Under the pieces are notes generated by a model. That model saw only the letters and a list, made by a program, of their open reading frames with translations, had not been told where the DNA came from and made no database searches. From contig PNOQ01000057.1 in NCBI GenBank assembly GCA_013824915.1, positions 1 through 49,089 on the forward strand: a stretch of DNA of 49,089 nucleotides. Direction: 5' to 3'. Source of the DNA: Nanoarchaeum sp. (lineage in GTDB: Archaea > Nanobdellota > Nanobdellia > SCGC-AAA011-G17 > PNOQ01). Shown in pieces: positions 6,643 to 14,669 of this stretch. Each line of letters opens with the position of its first letter. Position 1 is the stretch's first letter. Both the position numbers and the translations under genes were made by a program.

Positions 6643-7090
6643 ATTGATTTAATTTTCTAACACTTACTATGTCTGCTAAACTGAATATATAACTACTTTC
6701 GCTTATTTTTGAAGAAGTATTCGAGCTACCCTCAAAATAAGCTTGTTTCAACGGAATACTTAAATTAATAGTATCTCCCTCATCAATTTTAAAATCTACT
6801 AATTTAAAATTATTCCCTATTCCTCCAAGGCATAGTAGGACTACATCATTATTTTCTAATCTTAAATTAAAACTATATCTTTCAGGTATAGCATAACTCC
6901 TAATATCCACTTGTTCTGGTGTGTACATCTCACCTATAACTATACCACTTAATTCATAATTTGATCTAACAATAGTGGGTGTAATTGGTGTTGTTGTTAT
7001 TTCTGAACTTTCATTTTGATTATTACATCCAACTAATCCAACAAGACTTGCTGTTAAAGCTAAACTTGTTGCTAAATTTTTGAATTTCAT
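6641..7090 (-). CDS. secreted lipoprotein candidate (149 aa)
   Basis: The N-terminus MKFKNLATSLALTASLVGLVGC has a positively charged n-region, a hydrophobic core and an L-V-G-C lipobox. Confidence 0.6.
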   Translation of the reverse strand: MKFKNLATSLALTASLVGLVGCNNQNESSEITTTPITPTIVRSNYELSGIVIGEMYTPEQVDIRSYAIPERYSFNLRLENNDVVLLCLGGIGNNFKLVDFKIDEGDTINLSIPLKQAYFEGSSNTSSKISESSYIFSLADIVSVRKLNQ

Positions 7091-7140
7091 TTTTAATTTT
7101 CCTAACTAGAATTTTGGGAAACACAAAAAGATATATAAAT

Positions 7141-8982
7141 TTATTGATTTGGAGTTCCAGCGAATCTACTTCTGTTTCCTTGTGATTGACCACCTAATTC
7201 TTTAGGTAATCTTGAGAATCCACCACCGTAAAATGTGTCGAAATGTTTCTCTGGAAGTATATCTCCATAACCTACTAGGTATGAACCGTATAAATCACGA
7301 GAGTCAGCCCAACTTGGGCCAGCATCATAGGAATACATTGGTGAATTTAAATATTCTAAACTTTCAGGTATTGGATTTGCTTTAAACTGATTGATAAACC
7401 CACCGGCTTCTATAACTCCGATTGCGTTTTTATCTGCTTTTTCTAATTGTTTTAAGTGTTCTTTGATTGGAACATCTCCCATACCTAATGGTAAATGTGA
7501 ATCTGTAAAACCAAAATTATCTGTAAGATGAATATGTTTAACTACTGGGGCAACTGCTTTTGTTTCTTTTATAAAATCTTCATCTTCATAACCTTGTTTT
7601 TTTAGATGATGTATGTGACCTACGTCCCAGGTTGCACCGATTAAATTATTTGCTATTTTTTCTGCTTTTTGTCTATCTACTTTTTGTTCGTCTACTAATT
7701 TTCTAACAAATTCTTTTCTGCTTTCTTGTACTAATCCTTTTAATGATTCTCCTCTGGATAAAACCATGTTAGGAAAAACATTTTCCATTGTTAATAATGG
7801 TGCTTTTTCACCGTATTTTTTATAAGCATATGCTGCTACATTTGCAACAGTTTTTATTGAATTCTCTTTTGCAAAATCTTCTGTTGTAACAAATTGTTTT
7901 GGTGTAGGCAAATTACTTAACAAAGATAATTTTTGATCCATCATATTTGATCTTTGCTCGAGAAATTGCGATTCTCTTTTGCTAAATTCTTCTCTTGGCA
8001 ATCTTTTACTTAATTCTCTCAATTTGGCATATTCTTCGTCTTCACTTTTAGATATATCTTTAGCTAGCTTAATGACTTTTAACGTTCTTTCGTCTTCTGC
8101 CCCTTTGTCTTTGAACTTCATGTATTTATGATACAAATTATTTAATCCAGAGTCTAACTGTTTATCATGTTCTTCAATCTGTCTATTGTGTAAGTCTATT
8201 TGAGATTGATATCTACTGAACTCTCTTCTTTCGTCTTCATTATCTTGATGTAAAACTAACCTAAGATATTCTGGGTTTAACTCTATATCTTTATTTAATT
8301 TTTGTAATTTCTCTTTTGATATTTGGTAACTCATTAATTGTAATTTTTCTTGATCCCAACTTGTTCGGTTGATGTTGTCGAGAATTTCTTGTGGAGTAAA
8401 TGTTCTTTTGCCAGATATATAATCTTTTTCTTCTCTTTTTAAGGGGGTTGGTTTTCCAGTTTCACGATCTACGGCGTAAACCATAGTTATTTTTTCTCCA
8501 CGTGCCCTTTCTTCAGGTGTTAAATCTTTGTAATCTCTATCTGTGGGCCTTGCTTTTTCAGTCATAGAACCCGGAACACCTATAGTTGTGTGAAAATTAA
8601 CAGGAATGTTTTCTTTAGGATTTAATTCGTGAGCTTTATCTAATACCAATTTCATATAACGTTCGCTTTCTTTTCTTTCATCTTCAGACCATCCTTGTTG
8701 TGAGAAACCTGCGGGATCTATTATAGGTGCATGAACTGACATTTTTGCGCCAGTTATTTCTGCAAGTCTTTTCATTTCTTGAAAATGTTGTTTTGGGATT
8801 TGTTCAAAAATTTCTTGTTGGATTCCACCAACTTCTACATTTTTTATACCTGCGTTTAGAACACGACCAAGTTCAGTAATTTGATTTGCAGTTTGTGGAT
8901 TTGTTGTAGTACTTTGTCTAGAAAAAGCTAAAGCGGTATCAGAATCCATTCCAGTGTTCCTTCTATTGTGAAATAATGCCAT
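7141..8982 (-). CDS. xylose-isomerase-like / AP-endonuclease-2-like TIM-barrel metalloprotein with a large charged insertion (613 aa)
   Basis: Barrel motifs MSVHAP, VNFHTT, LTMEN, WDVGHIHH, KHIHLTDN, SHLPLGMGD and VIEAGG. The NFHTT and MEN strands are separated by about 270 aa of coiled-coil-like charged sequence. It is the last gene of a coupled three-gene operon. Confidence 0.55.
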   Translation of the reverse strand: MALFHNRRNTGMDSDTALAFSRQSTTTNPQTANQITELGRVLNAGIKNVEVGGIQQEIFEQIPKQHFQEMKRLAEITGAKMSVHAPIIDPAGFSQQGWSEDERKESERYMKLVLDKAHELNPKENIPVNFHTTIGVPGSMTEKARPTDRDYKDLTPEERARGEKITMVYAVDRETGKPTPLKREEKDYISGKRTFTPQEILDNINRTSWDQEKLQLMSYQISKEKLQKLNKDIELNPEYLRLVLHQDNEDERREFSRYQSQIDLHNRQIEEHDKQLDSGLNNLYHKYMKFKDKGAEDERTLKVIKLAKDISKSEDEEYAKLRELSKRLPREEFSKRESQFLEQRSNMMDQKLSLLSNLPTPKQFVTTEDFAKENSIKTVANVAAYAYKKYGEKAPLLTMENVFPNMVLSRGESLKGLVQESRKEFVRKLVDEQKVDRQKAEKIANNLIGATWDVGHIHHLKKQGYEDEDFIKETKAVAPVVKHIHLTDNFGFTDSHLPLGMGDVPIKEHLKQLEKADKNAIGVIEAGGFINQFKANPIPESLEYLNSPMYSYDAGPSWADSRDLYGSYLVGYGDILPEKHFDTFYGGGFSRLPKELGGQSQGNRSRFAGTPNQ

Positions 8983-9533
8983 TATGTAATTTCGTATTTT
9001 ATATCTTCAGTCTTCGGTTTTCTTCTTTTTAACATTTCCGGTATTTCAAAGCTCTTGAACCTTTCAAAATCAGTAGATTTTATAGCTCTTGTTTCATCTG
9101 TAGTGGAATAATTTTGTGGTTTTGGTTCAAAATAATTTCTTATTTCTGCCGTGCTTAAATTTAAGTTGGATATTGCATCTCTTCTTGTTGGGTTAACTGA
9201 TAAGTCTCTTATCATACGTTCTCTTTCAGCATCATAATTAACATTTCTTGTATAATTTATCTTTTGAAAGAAATCTTGTTTTTTTTCTTCTTGAGGTAAT
9301 TTTTCTTGTAAACTTTCTCGCTTTTCTAATTCTCTTTTAGGAATATCTATTTGCTGTTGAGGTATTTGTATTCTTTCTTCTAAAGATTCTTCTTGAATTA
9401 TTTGATTAAGTATTTCTTCTATTTGTATAATTAATTTTTTATCTTTTGTGGATTTTATTTTATCCATCAAAAATTTTATTCTTTCTTCTTTTTTTGTAAT
9501 TTTTTCAAGTTCTTTCTTAATTTTTTCTATCAT
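8982..9533 (-). CDS. charged coiled-coil / low-complexity protein (183 aa)
   Basis: Its stop overlaps the downstream start (TAATG), and its start is 1 nt after the upstream stop. The sequence is K/E/Q-rich. Confidence 0.55.
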   Translation of the reverse strand: MIEKIKKELEKITKKEERIKFLMDKIKSTKDKKLIIQIEEILNQIIQEESLEERIQIPQQQIDIPKRELEKRESLQEKLPQEEKKQDFFQKINYTRNVNYDAERERMIRDLSVNPTRRDAISNLNLSTAEIRNYFEPKPQNYSTTDETRAIKSTDFERFKSFEIPEMLKRRKPKTEDIKYEIT

Positions 9534-9534
9534 C

Positions 9535-11082
9535 TTACCAAGTTACCATTCTATGAGATTTCTTAAAAACACTGTACATAGTATTACAAATCTCTATTGA
9601 TTTCTGGTCAACTTTCTTTTCAAGTAGTTTTAAGTGATATGGGGTCGCTTCTTTCTTGCTTGTACCAAACAAAGTTCCCAACGGAGAAAATATTTCTTTA
9701 AATCCTGCAAAAGGATTTGGTAAATCTAATCCTTTTGATTTTTTCTTTTCTTCTTTTTTTACTTCTTTCTTTTCTTCTAAATATTCATCAAGACTTATTT
9801 GTAATGAAGCTAGACTTTTATCTGTTAATTCTTCTATTATACTCATGTCTTCGTATACTTCATATGCTTCTATATCTTTTATGTCTTCATCTGTTAAAAC
9901 ATAAGACCTGAAAAATATGTCTATGACTCCAAGATGAGCGTAATGTGTTGATTGACCAGACCTTGCTACTTGTGGTGCGGTTCTAAATTTAAATTCTGTT
10001 TCTAAGCAAGCATAATATTTTTGTTTTGTTTTTAATTTTTTAACTATGCTTTTTATTTCATCAACATCTTCTAGTTTTATTTCTTTTTTACCAAATAATG
10101 TTAATTCCATTTGCATATTGTTGAATGTTGAAATTATATCTGGTGAGTTTAAACCGGCCTTTGTTTTGAATTCTTTCATACCAAGCTTTTGTGCGGCCCT
10201 AAGATAAGGCTTAGCCCACTTAGTATAAAGTCTTAATGAGTCAATTTGGGCTTTTAGGTAATGTCTTTCTAAATCATATCTTTTCCTTAATTCTATTTCA
10301 CTCAATCTTTTCCAAGTTTCGTACTCTTGGAATTTTTTTAGTAAAATTGCTTTAACTCTTTTGTTTAAATCAAAATTATTTATTGCTTTTCCGTTTTTTA
10401 CTTGGAAAAATGCATCTCTTAATGTAACAAATTGTAAATCTCCACGAGTTAATTGATTAATACTTCCTAATCCTGCTTTTATATCTACTTGGTCCATCCA
10501 AACAGATCTTAAACCAAACTCTGCGCCTTGTCTTGTTGCTGCGTCTGGCTGTTTTTTTGGATCCAAATCTGAATATAATGCTAATCTTTGTTCAAATTCT
10601 TTTAAATCATAAATTAAGTTTATTATAGTTCTTAATACACTGTTAACTACTTCTAGTATTTTCATTGCACGGTCTTGCATAACTGCCGCCCTAGTTCCTA
10701 ATTCTCCAAAGAAACCTCCACCTACTGAAGCTTCAAATTCTTCTTCTGTTTTGTTAACATCTAATTTTAATCCGGTTTGGTTTCTCATAAAATCTAATGT
10801 CCAGAAATAAACAGGTTCTAATGTTTGACCAAAAGTGTCGTATGTAATATGATATTCTATTGGGTCTTTATTGACTGTGTCTAATTTTGAAATTCCTTTT
10901 GTTTTAATTTCGCTTACTAACGCTCTTCTTAGTTCTCTTCTCTCATCTGGGGATTGGCTATCTTTTATTTTTTTTCTTAATTCTACTATTCTTAACTTTC
11001 TATTTGTTGATTGTTCTTTAGAGTTAGAACTATCAGAATATTTTTTATTCAATCCACTTAAAAAAGAACTTACATCACCCAT
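9535..11082 (-). CDS. hypothetical protein (515 aa), predicted largely helical, first gene of the three-gene operon
   Basis: A long ORF with no nucleotide-binding or catalytic motif recognised. The C-terminal region has a K/E-rich linker followed by LDLPNPFAGFKEIFSPLGTLFG. Confidence 0.65.
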   Translation of the reverse strand: MGDVSSFLSGLNKKYSDSSNSKEQSTNRKLRIVELRKKIKDSQSPDERRELRRALVSEIKTKGISKLDTVNKDPIEYHITYDTFGQTLEPVYFWTLDFMRNQTGLKLDVNKTEEEFEASVGGGFFGELGTRAAVMQDRAMKILEVVNSVLRTIINLIYDLKEFEQRLALYSDLDPKKQPDAATRQGAEFGLRSVWMDQVDIKAGLGSINQLTRGDLQFVTLRDAFFQVKNGKAINNFDLNKRVKAILLKKFQEYETWKRLSEIELRKRYDLERHYLKAQIDSLRLYTKWAKPYLRAAQKLGMKEFKTKAGLNSPDIISTFNNMQMELTLFGKKEIKLEDVDEIKSIVKKLKTKQKYYACLETEFKFRTAPQVARSGQSTHYAHLGVIDIFFRSYVLTDEDIKDIEAYEVYEDMSIIEELTDKSLASLQISLDEYLEEKKEVKKEEKKKSKGLDLPNPFAGFKEIFSPLGTLFGTSKKEATPYHLKLLEKKVDQKSIEICNTMYSVFKKSHRMVTW

Positions 11083-11103
11083 GGATTATATCTTATAACT
11101 TAA

Positions 11104-11113
11104 GTTTTTAAAG
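11104..11113 (-). promoter_or_regulatory. TATA box (minus strand CTTTAAAAAC) of the three-gene operon
   Basis: It lies 22-31 nt upstream of ATG 11082. Confidence 0.5.
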
Positions 11114-11146
11114 ATTTCTGTGCGTAGTTTTGATAATGTTATTGCT

Positions 11147-11162
11147 ATCTTTTGCAAAAGAT
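11147..11162 (-). terminator. perfect 16-nt palindrome ATCTTTTGCAAAAGAT just downstream of the 11170 gene stop
   Basis: Seen directly, 8 nt after the stop codon of the 285-aa gene. Confidence 0.35.
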
Positions 11163-11169
11163 AAAATTT

Positions 11170-12027
11170 TTATTTCCAAATTTTCTTTAAATACTCTATT
11201 GAAGGGGATACAACTTTTGATAAATACACTGCTGAAGTTAAAACATCAAAATTATTTGGGGGCAATATAATAAATTCACGCCCCTTATTTGCATCTCGCA
11301 TAGCTCTTTCATCTAAATCTAATACTCTAACTCGATTATCTTGTGAATCTGTTGTAGGAATATAATGATCTTGATCCGGAATAGTTAGTGTAGGCAAACC
11401 TGATTCAGCCAAACCAAACCTTAATGAAGTCTTTCCAGTTATTTTATCCTCGGCTATTTTGATGCTAGGAAACATTTTGTCTGGGGGAAGAGAGTATGAT
11501 TCATCGTTAACTATCAATTCTAATCCTAAACTTCTTGCGATATTCGCGAGTTCTTCCCCAAATGGAAGCATACTGGCTGTATGACTTGCCTTATTTATAT
11601 CACTTGCATTAAATTTTTTGAAATAATCGAAGAATCTCATCAAATAAGCGATATGTATCATATTATAACACTCTACACCTAGTCTTTTCCTGCTTTCACC
11701 AGAAATATACTCTTGTTCATAATCGATAATAGCAGGATATCCAATATCAGTGTTACTTGCTATAGCCAACTTTTTTCCTAATAAGCTTGAAAAAGGATAA
11801 AGTAGTCTAGTTGAAAAAGAGTTTTTAGACTGAACCCCAAAGAATGTCCAGAGAAGATTATTAGCCATTTTAAATTCTAAACCTTTATCACTTATAACAT
11901 AATTATTAAGATAAAAATCTTTTGAGCAAAAACCTCTTTCTTCTTTTATTCCCCAGTTGGGCAATGATGCACTAGCTAAATCTGAAAACTCCCTTCTTTG
12001 AATTCCTTGAATTTGTGTTTCGTCCAT
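11170..12027 (-). CDS. hypothetical protein (285 aa)
   Basis: A long ORF divergent from the second TrmB-like gene. No motif recognised. Confidence 0.6.
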   Translation of the reverse strand: MDETQIQGIQRREFSDLASASLPNWGIKEERGFCSKDFYLNNYVISDKGLEFKMANNLLWTFFGVQSKNSFSTRLLYPFSSLLGKKLAIASNTDIGYPAIIDYEQEYISGESRKRLGVECYNMIHIAYLMRFFDYFKKFNASDINKASHTASMLPFGEELANIARSLGLELIVNDESYSLPPDKMFPSIKIAEDKITGKTSLRFGLAESGLPTLTIPDQDHYIPTTDSQDNRVRVLDLDERAMRDANKGREFIILPPNNFDVLTSAVYLSKVVSPSIEYLKKIWK

Positions 12028-12047
12028 TTTCTTCTGTTATTTAATTA

Positions 12048-12060
12048 TACCACAGTGGTA
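12048..12060. promoter_or_regulatory. palindrome TACCAC-A-GTGGTA, a putative TrmB operator
   Basis: A perfect inverted repeat abutting the minus-strand TATA-like TATAATTAAATA (12040-12051) of the 11170-12027 gene. It uses the same TACCAC half-site as 5221-5226 and 5249-5254. Confidence 0.5.
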
Positions 12061-12141
12061 ACTGTAATGTATTTAAATTGTTGCTGTAAACAATTTACAA
12101 CAATTAGAAAGGTTTAAATATTTGAGTATTATTTAGAATAG

Positions 12142-12882
12142 ATGGATCTTTTAGACTCATTAAAAAAGTTCGGATTATCAGAAAAAGAGGCTAAAGTATA
12201 CTTGGCTAGCTTAGAACTTGGAGATTCTTCCGCTAGTGAAATCTCTCTAAAAAGTAACCTCCCCAGAACACTTATGTATGACATATTAGAACGACTTATT
12301 GAGTTGGGTCTTATTTCTTATTCAATAAAAGATAATAAAAAATATTTCAATGCTGCAAGCCCAAAAGAATTGATTAGGATACTCAAAGAAAAAGAGGAAG
12401 TTATTAAAGAGATATTGCCCCTACTCGAAGAAATACATAAAACTGAAGGAATAAAAAGGCCCAAGGTTGAAATTTATGAAGGAAAAGAAGGCATGAAAAC
12501 AGTAATGAATAATATCTTGCGTTCAGATATAAAAGAATTTTTTGCTTATGGAAGTTCACGTTCTTCATTTGAGATTATACCTGCTTTTATAGAAGAGTGG
12601 CATAAAGATAGAATTAAAAGAAAAATTACAATGAATATATTATATAATAACACAAAAGAAGCCAGAGAAAGAGTAAAAACCTGGACAAAATCTTTAGAAT
12701 ATGTGAATTTTAAATTTATGCCAATTGAATTAGAATCCCTAACTGCAACACTTATTTATTCTGACAATGTAGTTTTGCAATCTTGGACAAAAGAACCTTT
12801 TGCAGTTGTTATAGAAAGTAAGAATATGGCTGAAAATCAAAAGAGATATTTTAAGGAATTATGGAAAATAGCGAAGAAATAA
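12142..12882 (+). CDS. TrmB-family transcriptional regulator (second copy)
   Basis: MDLLDSLKKFGLSEKEAKVYLASLELG..SASEIS..S.LPRT.MYDILERLIELGLIS matches the TrmB wHTH. The TATA box TTTAAATA at 12113-12120 lies 29 nt before the ATG. Confidence 0.8.
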   Translation: MDLLDSLKKFGLSEKEAKVYLASLELGDSSASEISLKSNLPRTLMYDILERLIELGLISYSIKDNKKYFNAASPKELIRILKEKEEVIKEILPLLEEIHKTEGIKRPKVEIYEGKEGMKTVMNNILRSDIKEFFAYGSSRSSFEIIPAFIEEWHKDRIKRKITMNILYNNTKEARERVKTWTKSLEYVNFKFMPIELESLTATLIYSDNVVLQSWTKEPFAVVIESKNMAENQKRYFKELWKIAKK

Positions 12883-12931
12883 TTTAAAACAATTCCCCAT
12901 TATTAAAAACTGAAGTATGATGAGATTAAGT

Positions 12932-13270
12932 TTATTTTAAATACATGTTGTATAATCTTACTTGTGTTATATTCTCGCCTAATTTGCCTTTAGACTCAAT
13001 ATAACCAACAACAACCATTGGTCCTTGTACCCAATCTACTCTAAAATTTAATTCTCTTGGTTGACTAAACATAGGATATGTAACAGAAGTTCTAGATGGT
13101 GTAATTTGAGAAAGCAAAGATGTAGAATCTTCAATTAACCTATATTCTTTAATATAATGTAGAGCCTTTACTAACTCTTCTTGTGTGATATCACTATTTA
13201 TAGGATGATTAACAACATCTACGTTTAGTCCAGGATATTCTGCTTTTAGTATATTTTCTATTGAATCCAT
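12932..13270 (-). CDS. hypothetical protein (112 aa)
   Basis: An ORF with a minus-strand TATA box (ATTTAAATATA, 13296-13306) 26-36 nt upstream. Confidence 0.5.
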   Translation of the reverse strand: MDSIENILKAEYPGLNVDVVNHPINSDITQEELVKALHYIKEYRLIEDSTSLLSQITPSRTSVTYPMFSQPRELNFRVDWVQGPMVVVGYIESKGKLGENITQVRLYNMYLK

Positions 13271-13346
13271 GTTGTTTTTACAATTTTTTATGTATATTTA
13301 AATCTTTTGGTTAATATTAACTTCTGAGTGGTAAATTATAGAAAGG

Positions 13347-13354
13347 TTTATAAA
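13347..13354 (+). promoter_or_regulatory. BRE/TATA (GAAAGG-TTTATAAA)
   Basis: A consensus element 32 nt before ATG 13379. It lies inside the N-terminal extension proposed by the ORF track, which is therefore rejected. Confidence 0.6.
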
Positions 13355-13378
13355 CGAACTATTGTTATTTTTTACAAT

Positions 13379-13903
13379 ATGGCATATGTTAAAGAAAGAA
13401 CAGGAATGACCCAAGATCAGGTAGTAGAGAATTTAATGGCTATATTTACCTCTGACTATTTTGGGGGCTATAAATGTGAAATGGCTAGGTTCTCTTCAGA
13501 TTTACTATCTACAAATTTAGTAGCGGGTAGAAATGAACTTAGAGTTGCAGATATTACAAATACTTTTGTAAATTGTTTACAGGCTGCTTCTGGTATAGGA
13601 ACACTATCTGATGTATTTGTTGAATTAAGGCCTTCTGATGAAATGTTAAAAAGCATGCGATTTGATGAAAATGAAATCGGGCTTCCATTAAGTGTTCTTG
13701 TAAATCGAGAAGTAACAACTGAAAATCCCGGTTATAGATTCGGTGTTCTAAATTTAGGTTTAAAACAAGATTATGTAGAATATATAGGATTGAATTTTAA
13801 AGAAGAACAAGCAAAAGTAAATCAGTGGTATAGAGAAGTAACTCGAAATTTGAATAAAATATTACCTTATGCAGTCAGTGCACGTGTATGTATAGAACAA
13901 TAA
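13379..13903 (+). CDS. hypothetical protein (174 aa from ATG 13379)
   Basis: ORF with start re-assigned on promoter geometry. No motif recognised. Confidence 0.55.
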   Translation: MAYVKERTGMTQDQVVENLMAIFTSDYFGGYKCEMARFSSDLLSTNLVAGRNELRVADITNTFVNCLQAASGIGTLSDVFVELRPSDEMLKSMRFDENEIGLPLSVLVNREVTTENPGYRFGVLNLGLKQDYVEYIGLNFKEEQAKVNQWYREVTRNLNKILPYAVSARVCIEQ

Positions 13904-14021
13904 ATCTAAACCTCTTAATTTTTTCTATCTTTTAACTAATTTTTTATTTAATTTAACTTTGGAATGTAATTTATAAAAAGGCTTATAAGGATAACTAAAT
14001 TTCCTATTAAACGTAATTAAA

Positions 14022-14534
14022 ATGATAAATCTTGCAGGCGTAAAGGAAGCAGATGAACACATTCAAGAAGAATTGTATTCTGCTGGAATTGAAATTGTTC
14101 GTGGAGAATTAAGTAAAAGTGAGGTCCCACATTCTATTACTGGAAAACTTGGTGATTGGAAATTTAATCGTGCTTGGTACTATTGGACGACTTCAGCTCA
14201 AAGTGGCAAAGGCTTACCACTTGAGATTGCAACTATGATGCATGAGAGAGAATATCCGATTATTGGAGAAAAACAACCCAAAAATTATGGACAAGTTATA
14301 AGAGTTGCAGGACATTGCAATTGTCCACATCCAAGAGAATTGGCTTTACCAAATAATGAATCTTTAGATAAATGGTCGAAAGAAACTGGAATAGATTGGA
14401 TGCAAATTAGTTATGGGGAACTTGCAAAACTTTGCAATAATGGAACAATTCAAGCATCGAGATTTGTAAATTATTACCATATTGATAATCAATTAGGATT
14501 AAATGAGTTTGCCAGAGTTCTTCGAGGGATTTAG
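14022..14534 (+). CDS. hypothetical protein (170 aa)
   Basis: ORF only. Contains a HCNCPH cluster. No family recognised. Confidence 0.5.
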   Translation: MINLAGVKEADEHIQEELYSAGIEIVRGELSKSEVPHSITGKLGDWKFNRAWYYWTTSAQSGKGLPLEIATMMHEREYPIIGEKQPKNYGQVIRVAGHCNCPHPRELALPNNESLDKWSKETGIDWMQISYGELAKLCNNGTIQASRFVNYYHIDNQLGLNEFARVLRGI

Positions 14535-14669
14535 AACACAAACATCTTTTATTTTTTGTAAAACATATTATTTCTTGGCCCACCTGATTATTGAAATTAA
14601 CAAGTATTAAACAAACCCTAAAACCATTTTATAGAAATAGTTAAATAGTTGTTTTCTAGTTTTAGTTTA

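Noticed and set aside
9656-11098. Plus-strand ORFs 9656-9904, 9717-9911 and 10871-11098 inside the 515-aa gene.
   Set aside because: They are antisense to a long, well-supported ORF. Their Leu/Phe/Ser-rich translations are typical of the complement of K/E-rich coding sequence. No promoter geometry supports them.
12910-12923. C/D-box-like elements CTGA and ATGATGA in the spacer after the second TrmB gene.
   Set aside because: The order is wrong, with the D-like box before the C-like box and only 3 nt apart. No matching second box lies 40-70 nt away on either strand, and no terminal stem is present.
13310-13321. A perfect 12-nt palindrome, GTTAATATTAAC, between divergent promoters.
   Set aside because: By rough base-frequency reasoning, all-AT-core palindromes of this length are expected many times by chance in about 49 kb of such AT-rich DNA. 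I found no second copy or partner motif.
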